DNA of 64,000 nt from positions 15,119 through 79,118 of the forward strand of contig ADNK01003018.1 in the NCBI GenBank assembly GCA_000320545.1, written 5' to 3'. The position numbers and the translations under genes were made by a program. This DNA comes from Bigelowiella natans CCMP2755 (lineage: Eukaryota; Protista; Cercozoa). Positions 41,816 through 55,666 of this stretch are shown here, in pieces; the first letter of the stretch is position 1; each line of letters opens with the position of its first letter. The notes under the pieces are model-generated. The model was given only the letters and a program-made list of their open reading frames with translations. It had not been told where the DNA came from and made no database searches.

Positions 41816-42878
41816 TCATGGCCTCCCTCTCCTTTCACCGATTTACAAAATAATACTAGATACGGTAAAATTCTGGTTTCTGGCGTTATTATCATGCTCA
41901 TGTGGAGTTATATGAATCAAGCAACAGCCGTCAAACAGCAGCAGCAGCAGCAGCAGCAGCAGGTCGAGTGAATTGGTAGAAGGAAGCAGTAATAGTAGTA
42001 GTAGGAGGAGGAGTAGGAGTATGATGAATACAGCAGCAAGAAGAAGAAGAGGAAGAAGAAGAAGAAGATCTATATGATCGTCTGCATCACAATTAACCGT
42101 AGTTTTCTCCCTCCCTGTGTAGGATCATGAATTAGACGATTCAGATTTCCTTTCACATTGGCTAATCTGGCACATGTTTGTCTATTACTGCCTTGAGGTA
42201 ATATATTTCATTTGTTCGATCTGAGGGGGGGGATGGGGGATGTTTCCACAACCATTCATTACACAAACGGAATGATTTTACAATCTTATTGCTCTATTGG
42301 TTGTTATTTATTGATATACCATAATAACTTGACACTATCATCATCATCATTATCATGATCATCATTCAGAAACCGCTTCTGTTTTTGGTATTGCTATGGC
42401 TTGTACAATTGGAGGCCATCGTCCAAGCACCGTAAGATCATGATGATGATGATGATGATGATGATGTGTACTACACATATGATGAGCCCTACATCACCAT
42501 AATCATCATCATTGTCATCATCACATCGGTCATCTTAGAATCAATATTGTTGGTCTATGTTATGATCAATAAATATTTCCCAGATGGCAAAATCTCACCA
42601 TGTTCCTGATGATGCTCTCTCCTAGGATTCCATACATTGCGGTATCATCTTTGATAGAATGCTTAATTTGCAATAATGATTATTTCGGCTGCTGCTGCAA
42701 CATGGAGTATCGTTCACTGCCGCCTTAATTTAAATTTAATCCTGTCGAAAACAACAACTTTTATGATTTTGTTCTACAGATAACTCTCTATAAAAATCTC
42801 AACAATTACATGTTCAACGAAGAGCAACGGCATGAAGAACTATTTCATATCAGAACTCGAGTTGTGTTGCGTGGTTGA
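39302..42878 (+). CDS. C3HC4 RING-finger protein with C-terminal transmembrane segments (membrane E3 ligase, BFAR-like layout)
   Basis: Exon from 39530 reads CPVCKQLLHNPVTLKCGHSLCEDCMMQYLENGTGRCKCPA/GCQTVIPFYLPPINITLRR; later hydrophobic exons FLSHWLIWHMFVYYCLE and KPLLFLVLLWLVQLE; final exon ...RTRVVLRG* with TGA at 42876-42878. Confidence 0.82.
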
Positions 42879-42929
42879 AATCTGATAGTATAGACAATGG
42901 TCATTTTAATAATAATAGAGAATATAAAT

Positions 42930-44060
42930 TCGGACGTATGTGTATATATCCGTTGCAACACGTGTCGCTTTACTTGCATGAAACATTACATTGACAAGCT
43001 AATTTTCGATCACCACCAAAACAAACCTGCACACGATCGCGGGCGATGCAATCGCAGTCGCGGACTCAAATCTGGTTATCATCATCTGCGCACTGCTAGA
43101 CTGGGCCTCGCAATGATGGTTATTATTATTTCATACACAGCGACGAGCATGACGCTCTAGACGCTACCTTCGGTTTGATGCGCGCACATTCTAGCATTGC
43201 TGCGCATGCTGTAGCGCACAACTGTGCAGTGGCGGTCCATGCAGAGACAATAAGACGATGCAAGTTGTTGAGCGCTGTCGTAGCCGCTGCATTGCATAGC
43301 TACATGTGAGGATATGACCATTGAACGAATTTGATTGATCAGTTGCATCCGTCTTGTGCATGCTAGCATGCTAGCATGCATACTAGCATAGCTACATGGC
43401 ATCACGAAGCCATCGCCGCATGATCGCACATCTAGACATGACCACTTGGCGCTAGATGGCAGTAGCCACAACAGGCTAGCAGGCTGGCGCAGGCTGTGCA
43501 GCGCTTTTCCATGCTCACCTTTCCATCTAGCTAGCCATGCAGCGTCGTGCAGTCAGAAGGAAACCCATCTAGACATTGCATGCTAGCATGGTTAAGCCAA
43601 GCTAGTAAGCTAGCACCGTGTTTTTCCGCAACAACAATATGTGCCACGGCATCGGCATCATACCTACACTATGACACAAATGGCGTGCAGTGATAGGGTA
43701 GCGCAGGTGCAACACATTGCGCGCACAGCTGTGTGTCAATAATGCGCACGCTTTGCATGATGTGACACATGTGGCGCAGCAAGCAAACCCGCTCTAGCGC
43801 TTGATGACGAACATGTCTAGATATATGGACATATATGCAAGCTACGATGCGTAAGACAAAGGCAATAAATAAGCTCATGCATAGTACTAGGATGTAGTAC
43901 GTTACATCGTAGACAAGACGAGGGCGTGGTGGAACACACAGTTGATAATAACACATAATAAGCATCACGTTCTCCAAGAGAAAGTAAGCCACACAAACAT
44001 CCACGATTTAGGTGTTGATTGTGCCAGAACATGTCTTGACGGAAATGTTTTCAATATCGA
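42930..44060. other. Palindrome-rich intergenic block E between convergent 3' ends
   Basis: gcatgctagcatgctagcatgcatactagcatagcta (~43358-43394), catctagctagccatgc, gctagtaagctagc; lies between the stops at 42878 (+) and 44068 (-). Confidence 0.75.
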
Positions 44061-44067
44061 TCTAGAC

Positions 44068-45118
44068 TCAGAATTGAAGCTTTGCATGTAAAAATATCTT
44101 GCAGTGTGTGAATGTTTCGTTGCTCCGTATCGAATAGTCTACTTTGCATTCTGTAGATGTTCTGAACCAACCTTTGTCAACGTCAATGCCACGATCACCG
44201 AACATATTCTCAATCCTATCAATAAAGAAGGAGGTATGAATTGTCAGGAAACAACAGTTTTGGTAGTGGTCTCTAGCATCATCCAAAGAATGCAAAGAAG
44301 ACGACTACACATCATATGCTTATCATTAAGATTAAATTCTCCATTCCTCTGCTCATTTACGGTATCATCATTATACAAACAGCAGTGGTCCTCTTACCTC
44401 CTTCCTGATACTACAACACTCACCTTGGTTCGTGGCGGAATATGCGATCATCCTTTGACATCGAATCTCTGTCGTAGCAGCTTAAGCATACTATACCAAA
44501 ACCGTTCTGAGAAGAAATAGAGGGGGGGAGGAGAAGAAGAATGAGCAGAAAGCTAGCTAATAGCAGCTGTATGAATAAATAAACAACTAAATAAATAAAG
44601 CAAATTTGATAAGCATAAGCAGTACCTGAAGGCATGGGTATCGTCTATCCCGTAGTTTTCCATGCATCATACAAGGAACTACCTGTTGTCGTTGTTGTGG
44701 TTACTCAATTTTGATGATTACGATAGATGGAAATAATTGTGCAAGAATGTGTTGTACACTCACAACATACTACTACTGAGGAGGGGGAGAAAAAGGAGGA
44801 GTACAAACTTGAATTGGCTGCTTCTGATTTATCTGGAAATCAATGATGGAAGGGCACGGCATTCCTTTAAAAACCTTGCTAACGAACAATTCCTTTCTCC
44901 TGCAAAGTCAAGAATAATCAGAGGAACAAGCGAGAAACAAGACCAGAAGCAGAATACAAGAAGAAGAACAAGAACAAGAAGGAGAACATAGAGGAGGACT
45001 CAGGAAATAGAATTTAGGTTTTATGATGCCAGAGGATACAGATAGATATTTAAACACACGACGAGAAAGGAGGTACTTGTTCAATAGTTGGATGATGACT
45101 AATTTCTAAGCCAAGATC

Positions 45119-45176
<58 letters not shown>

Positions 45177-46190
45177 TTAATGGCCGCTTTGTAATTGTTC
45201 GTGACATTTTATCATTTGTGTTAGGAGTACTACTTTCTGACGATTGGTCCTCCTATCCGCATGCCAACAGTCCTCTCACCAGCTTGCTCACACACGTTGG
45301 GGGGGGGCACAGATGATGATGATGATGATGATGATGACGATGACGTTGATGATTGAGGAGAAGAACGGACTAACAGCCTAACAATTGTATTGTGTTCCAA
45401 ACCGCGTAACCTGACGACAAGGCAATAGTAATATTATCATCTGAAGAATAAAGAACATGCATCATCATTATCACCATCATCATCACTACTAATACTACTA
45501 TTGCTACTACTGCTACTACCACAACCCCCATAATTAAATGTATTTCTCCGTTTAATCACTTTAACCACTACCAAAGCATCATATCTCCTGCTTTTCCTTT
45601 TCTGAAGTTTGCATAATAGGGTTCAAGGACCTGGGTAGTAGCAGTAAATTAGTAGTAGTAGTAGTAGTGGTGGTGGTGGTGGTGGTGCTGGTGGTGCTCA
45701 TGGTCTTCGAGATGCTCTCAGTGATAAGTAAGTAAGTAAGGAAGTAAAGTGGTATTAGTATTCGCTATATGAATCAACACAATCATTACTTTTACGATAC
45801 GATCTCCAGCCCTAAGGCCTGACTCTGCTGCAGGTGTGTTTGCAATCACTTCCTTCACACTAAGTAGTAATGTTATTGATGCTGATTAGTCATGATCGAT
45901 CATAACAAAAGTAAGTGCTACAAATAAGCATTTTGTTCTTCCTCCTCTTCGTGTTCATATTAGAGGGTTGCGTTGCAATTTTCTTAGAGGTTGTACTAGT
46001 ACGTAAGAAGAAGTAATAACGAATAGCTGCATCTCCATCATCATCATCATCATCATCATCATTATTATTATTACGTTATGGTGCTCGTAGTAGTAGTATC
46101 ATCTTGTAGAAGAAGGCCATGATGACTGGCCATCGTATGCACGCTAGTACTGAATTTCGAGCATTTCTCCCAGTATTCCACAAACACCTG

Positions 46191-46222
<32 letters not shown>

Positions 46223-46355
46223 GTGATAGAAGAAGGGATTAAGGTATTAAATAACATACCTTTAGATACGGATCTGTTTTACCCTGCTTTGCCCTGCCAA
46301 AGATTCCCTACGAATGATGACAACAGAGAGCAAACAACAAAAGGACGATCGACAA

Positions 46356-46387
<32 letters not shown>

Positions 46388-47555
46388 CTTACATGATTCA
46401 TCACTACTTACTTACTTACTTACTTACACAGTGTTTTTTGGTACTAAAGAAAATCATTCGTACCATTGGCTCAATATGGAACAAAAAAAAAAATTAATAA
46501 TAGTAGTAGTAGGAGTAGTAATAGTTACTCAAGTAATACTACTACTACTAGTAGTAGTACTACTACTAGTACTAATAGTAGTAGTAGTACCTGGGTGTCT
46601 GTTGCTGGTATATTTGCTTTGATATTATAAAATAATATCTTATTCACACGGGGGCAGTAAATCCCACAGTACTTCTTTCTATCTTCTGGGCTATCTTTTC
46701 CAATGTCTCCCAGCGTTTGCCAGTACCATCCCGACGATGATGATGATGATGGTGATGATAATGCAGCATCATTTTCACGATGAATCTATTTTATGCAAAA
46801 ACAACGACAACAACAACAACAACAAAATACATCAAAATGAGGAGCAGAGTTGGTGTTCTGAGTTCTCGTATAATAAGTGGAAGCAAACAATGGATTTGTA
46901 ATTTGTTGGCTCTGATTATCATCATCATCATCATCATTATTATTATCATGATTATCAGCAGCATTAGTAGTACCAGACGTGCTAGATATAGCACTTGACG
47001 TGGTTGTTCTTGTTGTTGATGATGATGATCATCCACACAGAATCTAAACTGCTCGGCTCCTAATTCACGAGGATTCTGGTGGTGGTGGTAAGTAACAGCA
47101 GCAGTATTTGAATATTAGATGATGATGATGATGATGATGATGATAGTGGTGGTGATATCATTAACCATCATCCATCAGAAATATTACATTTGATTGGATC
47201 GAACGGCAGTAAATGTCCTTCGCTAGTTTCAACCCGAGTTCTTATTGAGTGGCGAGAGGGAGGAAGGGAGGGGGAGAGAACATCGTGATAATAGCAACAA
47301 AAACAAATACAACAATAACAACAACAACAACAACAAGCTAAGAGGGAAGAGTTCTTCTTTCTCTTCTTCTTCTTCTTCTTCTTCTAATTCTTACATTCAT
47401 TAAATTAAAGGCAAGGATGCTACATAGTTACCACTACTACTACTGCCACTACTACTACTATTGTGCTAGTACTTGATGTTGATTGAAGGGTAATAACAAT
47501 CGATTTCACCCAAGGGGGCATTTGTTTGAAATCAACGAGTAGTAAAGCCTTATCG

Positions 47556-47590
<35 letters not shown>

Positions 47591-47973
47591 GCCACCGCCC
47601 CTTCCTCTCATCATCATCATTTCACCATGAAGACGATGCACGGACAAAGCAGCTTTTTCGGAAGACAATCCATTCACCCTGTTGTTGTTGTTGTTGCTGT
47701 TGTTGTTGTTATCATTGGGCTTGATGATACTACTACAGTGGGATTTCTGCTTCTACTACTACTACTACTACTACTACTACTTATTCTACTACTACACTCG
47801 TCTTGTACTATCTATCTATTTGATGATACTACTGATACTACTACATCTACTACTACTACTACTAAATGCTGCTGCTGCTGCTGCTTCCTGGTTCGCTAAC
47901 TATGTGTGATTCTATGCAATCCATACACCTGCCACTCAGTACTATTCGATCAACAACATCAATTCAAGAAACC

Positions 47974-48027
<54 letters not shown>

Positions 48028-48541
48028 TTATGTATCATCACTTATTTGTTTCTCTGTATTATTTATTATTTCTGCATACTGGAAGAACAGATAATGACAC
48101 GACGTATTAGCTAAAACAATACTCAAGTACAAGGGGCAGTAATTGGCAATCATCATCATCATCATCATCATCATCATATTCCATAATGAAGCTACTACCT
48201 ATCGATGCCAAAAAGCGTATCATTTCTTCCTCCTGGTTTCTTCATGGGGGATAAAGATTTAACTCTCTCCCCATATATATTGAAAACGTGTACTCCTACT
48301 AATACCTTACCCCCACCACCACTATCACCACCAAATAATAACAGCAGCAAGAAACATCGCCAATTATGACACAACAATGATCAGTAGGTGCTAGTAGTAG
48401 ATAATGATGATGCTAATAATAATAATAACAACAACAACAACAACCCAGACAATGGTAACAGTGTGTATTATTATTAAAGAGTAATGATGATGATGATAAT
48501 GCTTCTCTCACAGTATGGATTGAAACAAACAATAGTAGTAA

Positions 48542-48589
<48 letters not shown>

Positions 48590-48939
48590 GTGCAGTAGAT
48601 AATAGTAGCAGTTGTTGGCTAGCACTTATACTTGATGTACTTCAACTTTAAAACAACTACTACTTACTGTGACGCTGCTGCTGCTCCAAAATAGCGGTCA
48701 TATCTCAATCTATTCCAACCAATAATCAGCGTATGATTATAAGCCGTCTCTTCTTCTTCTCTTCTTTCTTGTCTTATCATCCTCTGCTTTATATCATGAG
48801 CATGATCATCTTGTAGGTCGTCATTTTCCTTCTTCTTCTTCTTCTTCTTCTTGTCCTTTTCCTCCGCATCACCAATCAGTAGCAGGGGCACCGTTGTTTT
48901 AGGCTTTAGCAGTGTTGCGACTCTGTATTATTATTGCAT

Positions 48940-48978
<39 letters not shown>

Positions 48979-49838
48979 AGTACTATATAACGGCATTGTT
49001 ATGTGCTAACACTACTACTGCTGCTACTAGTACTGCTACTACTACTACTAGTAGTGGTACTAGTACTATACTACCCATGGGTTTCTCGGACAATCTGCCA
49101 ATTTCCCCCAATTGGGAACATTGCAAGCTCTTGCTTTGGCGAAACATGGTGTTGTGTTTGGTGATGATGATACTCATCACTCTTCTTATCCTCTTCTTCT
49201 TCTTCCTGCCTCCTCCCCTTCACTTTCTTATCGTTTGAGTATAAACTATGCCGGAAGAGTGCTGCGTTGTTGCTGCAGCCGGTGAAAGATTGCTCTAATC
49301 CATTCATGATATCTTCCTGGCTCATCAATTTCTTGATTTGAAGAAGATGATGATGCCCATGATGATGACCATGATGATGACCATGATGATGACGCTTTAG
49401 AGTTGCGGGGTTATATCTGTAGGATCCAGGAAGTGTATGATAATTTCAATATTAGATGACAAAGACGGCCAACGACGATGGCGACGATAATGATAATGAT
49501 GATGATGATGATGATGATGATCTTCACTTACTACTACCCAGATTCGGTTATAGCCTTGATCACAGCTAACACAACCTGCATCATCAATCAATCCATGACC
49601 AAAAATAAATAACCCACAACAACCATCAAATCGTAGTAGTAATAGTAGCAGTAGTAAGTAGTAGCACATATAATGTTAGTATCTGCTACAACCTCAATCC
49701 GATCGAAAGGTGCAATGCACGCATGTAGTGTCAATTTTCCATTCTGAAATCTTTAGATAGATGATGTAGGCATGAATTACTACTAAACAAGTCGATTATA
49801 ATGATGATGATTGAACCCAGTTGGAAACATAGTAGTAA

Positions 49839-49870
<32 letters not shown>

Positions 49871-50873
49871 ACACATACAACAAACTAAAAATGAATTTCC
49901 ATTCGTCATTTATCTTGTCTTCTTCTTATTCTTCTTCTTCTTCCTTCTCTTTCTTCCATATAGGATTGCACGATTGTGATACGAAGTAGCAGCAGTGATA
50001 CTACTACAACTGCCTCAGCTTGGAAGAAGATCGACCAATAGCAGCATAAGACTACTCTTTCTGCTGCTACTACTCCTTAACAACATATCATGATGTTGTT
50101 TTTCACACCGGAAATCGGGGAGAGAGCGTCTTAGCGCTATAACACGGTCTTTCAATGCTTTCAAGCATGCTTCTAAAGCCTGATGATGACGGGTAGTAAA
50201 ATAAATAGCATCATTAGATAGGAACTACGTGGTAGTAGTAGAAGTAGTAGTAGCAGTAGCAGGGGGAGGAGGAATTTCTTGTAGAAATGCAAGAAAAGAA
50301 TTGGTCAAGGTAGTTGTACATAGATAGATAATAAACTAAGTAGAATACTTCATCAGTAATATGATACCACACCGCTACCACCATCTCATACTTAAAGAAG
50401 AGGAAAATTACCAAAGATGGAAAAAATGTATAAGTCTCCAACAACGGAGGAAGGTGTGTAGTAAAGAGTATAAGTGGAAGGGGGCTTTACAGGGACTAAA
50501 TATCTATCCATCTTCTTGCTATTTGATTGGTTGTTACACCACCTCAATCAGCTTTTTGCATCGAAACCCCTCAAGGGTAAGATGAAATGAGGATGAGGTA
50601 GAGGCACTATCACTGCCATTGACAAGTGCCATACGTAACCATCCTCCTTCCACAAGAGGAGATGAAGTGAGCATGTAAGGTGAGGGGAGGTATTTCTCTG
50701 CTTCAGGAGGAGCATCCTTTTTATCGGCATGATGACCGTCATCTATTCGTGGTAGTGACGAGAATTCTGATCCAATGGGGGGGTACTTGACAGGTATTTT
50801 GTTTGCAGAGCAGGTGATGATGCCTAAAGAACAGCAATACGGTGTAAGATAATAGATGGTACTACAATGGTAA

Positions 50874-50904
<31 letters not shown>

Positions 50905-51886
50905 GCATTATTCGACTAGCAAGAACTTACAACAGTTTTTCACCTGCAGCAGCTACAGTGCTTCTAATAGCAGTATGTTTGTGCTTTTCTTCTCCTTCCC
51001 CTCTACTATCAGTAGTAGTAGCGGAAGATAAGTCATTATTGTTGCCATCATCACTTCTTGGCAGCCCCTCTAAACTTGCTCTTAGATAGAGATATCCTTG
51101 ATAGTTATGATAAATAAATTGAGTTGTCTAGGGTTTGTGATCGTGATCGTTGCCTTTTGATATTCTATTATTCCCTTAATCGGTATGTTCCAAGTCAGTG
51201 TATAATCAAAGGGATTCATGTCTAATGTAGTCATCGTTATTATTGTTCTTCACCAGCAATTGACCACTGCGACGATAAGTAGTGACTTGAGCTGATGAAA
51301 CATATAATAATAATACCTTTGTCGCCAAGTTCCGCATTTTGCAATGGTAGTTTTATGAGGTCGTCATTAGGAGAAGATGAAGATGATGATGATGATGAGG
51401 AATTCAGTGCCGAGAGATCTAGATTCTATTTTTTATATCATCCGTCAATTTGCAGTAGGAAAATAGAACATAATTAGTTATGCGGTGTCCAATAATGGTC
51501 TTCTTAGTTATGAAAGTAGTAAATATCTAATAACCAGGAATTGTGTCTCTAACAACACTGCTCACAATGTGGGATTCGCATCATGCCTTTTGGCTACTAT
51601 TGTTCTCTGAATTACCGCTTGACCAATTAGATCATTCGAGGAGAACATATCATAGTCTTGAACCTGCACCGATGATGATGATGCTGGTGATGATGATGAA
51701 TATGATGACTACACACGCAAACGAATTACCAATCATAATCTCATATCAAAATGTAGTATTCGAAAATATAGTGCCTATTATAATAATATATGTAATTTAT
51801 AGAAGTCGAGTCCCTCTTTCCTAATCCTCCCTCACCTTTATGATAATTTTGGTCTTCAAAGAGGCCACCTATGGAATGTGGCACGT

Positions 51887-51917
<31 letters not shown>

Positions 51918-52315
51918 CGCAGGTGGGGGTGTGTTAAAGCACCAACTACTACAATGACAAACCTTTATCTCAAAGCTCTTATTCCATACGGGATTAATAC
52001 TCTTCTTGATGATCTTGGTCTTGTACTGTAAAAGAGGGAGGAGGAGAGAGGAGTAGGAAGAGGGTATTTTTCAAACAGCTGCTGCTGCTTACGAAGCAAA
52101 ATCTTCGATACCTTGGTAGTTTTTCCTCCTTCCAAAACTCTGATACTCACCTACTCGATGATAGCAACAACGTTAGACGATATCATGTGCATATTATAGC
52201 TGCATACATACAATTAAAGATGGAACGACGATTTGATACATACATAGGGATCGGATAGGCCATTGGAATCGCATGCGTGCAAGTCCTCTGCCCTAAGTAC
52301 TGCCAGCTTCAACAT
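44068..52315 (-). CDS. Multi-exon C2-domain protein with N-terminal C2, a second C2-like region and a PDZ-like segment
   Basis: MLKLAVLRAEDLHACDSNGLSDPYV (52315), YKTKIIKKSINPVWNKSFEIK (~52025), VQDYDMFSSNDLIG (~51660) form a Ca-binding C2; GKTDPYLK/VFV (~46300); VKEVIANTPAAESGLRAGDRI (~45855) is PDZ-like; CYDRDSMSKDD (~44470); stop at 44068. Confidence 0.75.
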
Positions 52316-52480
52316 ATTATACGCACGTTCCCCTTTCTTCTTAAGCAGGTGTTCCTCCTTTTCTATTTCCTCCTCCTCCTCCTCCTCCTGCTCAATCTAC
52401 AGTGATGATATCTATCTCAGCGAATCTTGGGGTACGAATAATGGTTCAAGGCAATCATTAATCAATCGCATAATATTACC

Positions 52481-52618
52481 TTGTCGCAGAGGGAAAATCC
52501 ATTCAAATCTCCTCACATCCTCATGTTATCCCTTGTGTCGCAGAGGGAAAACCTCCAAAAGCAAGCAGCTCTCACCGTTGTCGCAGCTTAAAATCTCATC
52601 ATCATTGTCTTGTCGCAG
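52481..52618 (+). repeat. Four copies of TGTCGCAG (two extended as TGTCGCAGAGGGAAAA) in the divergent spacer
   Basis: Copies at 52482, 52536, 52579 and 52611, between the ATGs of the C2 gene (52315, -) and the channel gene (~52685, +). Confidence 0.7.
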
Positions 52619-52684
52619 GAGCGGACTGAATGCCTAATTGGATACCCAAATCTCACCACCACCACATTCCTCTCCACCAACAAC

Positions 52685-54797
52685 ATGCTTCCAAGCACAG
52701 TCCTAACGAGTAGCTCTATGTTCCCCGAGCTAGTTAAACGTACAGATTCTCGATGGGGCTCGGAGTTGGAAAAAGATAAGAAGAGGCGTCGTCGTCTTCG
52801 AAACACTAAAAGTAAAACACTGCAGTCAGATGGCTCTCTTGGACGAATCAGGAGGCATTCTGGGATGGGAATGGCCCTTGTACAATTTACATGATAAAAC
52901 AAAAGTTTCCATAAAATATGCCACGCACACTTACGTATCTACGAAACATAATTGCGTCATAGTGATTTCCTAACTGTACACTAGACGAGACAAGAGGGAG
53001 AAGGGATGGAAGTAAATACTGAAAATATTGTTTGCCGTTAGAATATGTCCAGAATCAGCGAATATGGAGATGAGAAGAAGCAGAAACAATCTTCTGACGA
53101 CGAGAAAGAGCACGAAAATAATGTAATGTAAATGTGTTACCTTGACCTATTTTTCGAACAACACATTACACGTTGTATCACCCTACATGGTATGCGACTA
53201 TCGAATGTAGGTATGGACTTGAATAATTTGTAATGTTGATCTTTTGGGTATCAGCAGCAAAATTTTCAATTTGATTCTTCACGTTTTGAAGAGTTTTGCT
53301 GGGTAAAGGATGAAGAGCACCCAGGATCTTTCTTCTTAATTGTACATCATTTAAGTCCATTTCGCAGGTGCTCGAGAATAAATATTATCAGACGATATTA
53401 TATTTATAATAATCAAATATCTATGATGAAGCAAATTCGATTGCCATCCATAGAATCAAATAGATTTACATGGTATTCAATAATTTATATAATTTGTTAA
53501 AGGTTTTGGGACATAGGGACACTCCTGATGCTCATAGTCCTGGTGATGGTTCTGCCGCTCATTATTGCCTTTGAGATACAGAACATCGGCACACAAATTA
53601 TTTCCTGGTCTCAGACGTCGTGGTTTATTATAGACATTTTCTTAAACTTCATTACGACATACACAGACGAGCAAGGTCTCGTCACATCCCATGCAAAAAT
53701 AGCAATAGAGTACAGCAAATATTGGTTTATCATCGACTTCGTATCAGCTCTGCCAATTGAGGTAGTGCCTTCTTTGTTTTGATAAGCTGTCTAAGGCTTT
53801 TATTTAGCTGCTAATGATCTCCATGATCTCTTGAAACTACTGTCTTCTTCAAGAAATATTCCTACCATTGTTCATTACTTCCATCTCTCAATCATGGTGA
53901 TCACCTGATGACGTATTACTAGGTTATCACAGACGCAAGAAATGCAGCCATTGCAAGGTATAAAGTGGTTATAATACATTGAAAGTGGGTACTGCGAGTG
54001 ATGATGATTATAGAGAGAGGGTGTCCTCAATAATAAGAGGGGATGATGGAGTCGAGGTAAAAGTAGAAGTAATAGTAGTTGTAATCATAATCATAACGAT
54101 TATGCTGCTGCTGCTGCTGCTGCTTCTGGTGGTGGTGATGATGATGATGATAGAACCAGAGCTGATGATGATTCAGAGATCGAGCACTGTTCATGGCTGC
54201 AATCGTATTTATGACGTTTTTTTTGTGCTTTTACTGCTGGTCGCTCCTCTGGCTGCCCTGCTGCAAAATAGAGCCCTGAAACTGCTCAAAATCGTGAAGT
54301 TACTTCGAATTCTAAAACTGGAGAGAAATCAATTGGCGTCAAAGCTGCAAAGGAGATATCAGCTCAAATACAGTACTCTCTCCCTTATCAAGGTGCGTGC
54401 TTAAGAAGTGATAAGATAGACAACGATGTAATGGTCACATTATTATATAGGCATTCACAAAATGATCTTTATCTTCCGCCCTCCTCCTCCGCCTCCTCCT
54501 TATTTACAATTTTTTTCTCTTCTTAGTTCATTGCGATTCTACTGCTAGGAGCACACTGGCTAGGGTGCTTGTTTTACACCGTATCAGTAACTTCTGGATG
54601 CGATCAACCCTACTGCTCTTGGGTTGTAGCCTGGGCTGAAGCACGCCATTTCTCTAGTCCTCTTGATGGGCAGGTAGCAGCTACTACTGCTACTACTATT
54701 ATTACTAATTCATCATTATCATCATTCATTAGTGCTTCATTGCTAGTGGGGAGTGTGCGTACTGGAGTGTTGCATCCCGGTAGTATGAGATAGAGAC

Positions 54798-54839
<42 letters not shown>

Positions 54840-55321
54840 AATAATGATAATAAAGATAATAATGATAATGATAATGACAATAATGAAAACTAGAAAAATA
54901 ATAAGTGGCGATGACAGTAGGCTTGACAGAAATGAATATTTACGACGACCAACCACCTGTTATTTAACAACTTCTTCTTCGCAGTTACGAGAATACTGAT
55001 AATAATAATGATGAGGGTGATGATATTAATAATGGTGGTATATAGGTATCTTACGTGCATATACTGGGCAATGACAACTATGTCTACCATCGGTTATGGA
55101 GATATTACCCCAAGGAACGAGCCTGAGCAGCTGTAAGTTGGAAGTTGGTAGTTGTTGTTGCTATCAATATGTTTTGAGTGATGATTGTGTAGTAATATAA
55201 GAAGGTACGTCTTTCCACTATTAGTCGCTATTTTTGAGTCATCGTCGTAGTTCTATGTCCATTGCAATCACACATATCTCTACTCTTAAATTTCCTTTGC
55301 ATCCTTCTTTGAATCATTACT

Positions 55322-55353
<32 letters not shown>

Positions 55354-55629
55354 ATCAATACTATTGAATTTACTTCTCAGATTCGGTTTGTTCGGAATGC
55401 TATGTGGCTCTGTCGCCTTTGCGTATGGACTGACGAATTTATGCACGATTCTGTTTTACTTCAAAGAATATGAGGTGTCTTACCAGACCAAGATTGATCA
55501 GGTAGTAGTAGTAGGAGGCGTAACATGAAACCATTGTGCTGCTGTTAGGTTGATTACGAGGGCACATGTGATCAGTTATTTGGCTATTTCGAGAGGCATA
55601 ATATTCCACTACCTTTGCGACTCAAGGTG

Positions 55630-55666
<37 letters not shown>

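Noticed and set aside
49538-49575. CDQGYNR looks like a CX5R phosphatase P-loop, suggesting a PTEN-like enzyme
   Set aside because: Phase continuity with the flanking exons favours the other frame (DRIE/VVLAVIKAITESG/YNP); no WPD-loop or other phosphatase motifs were found.
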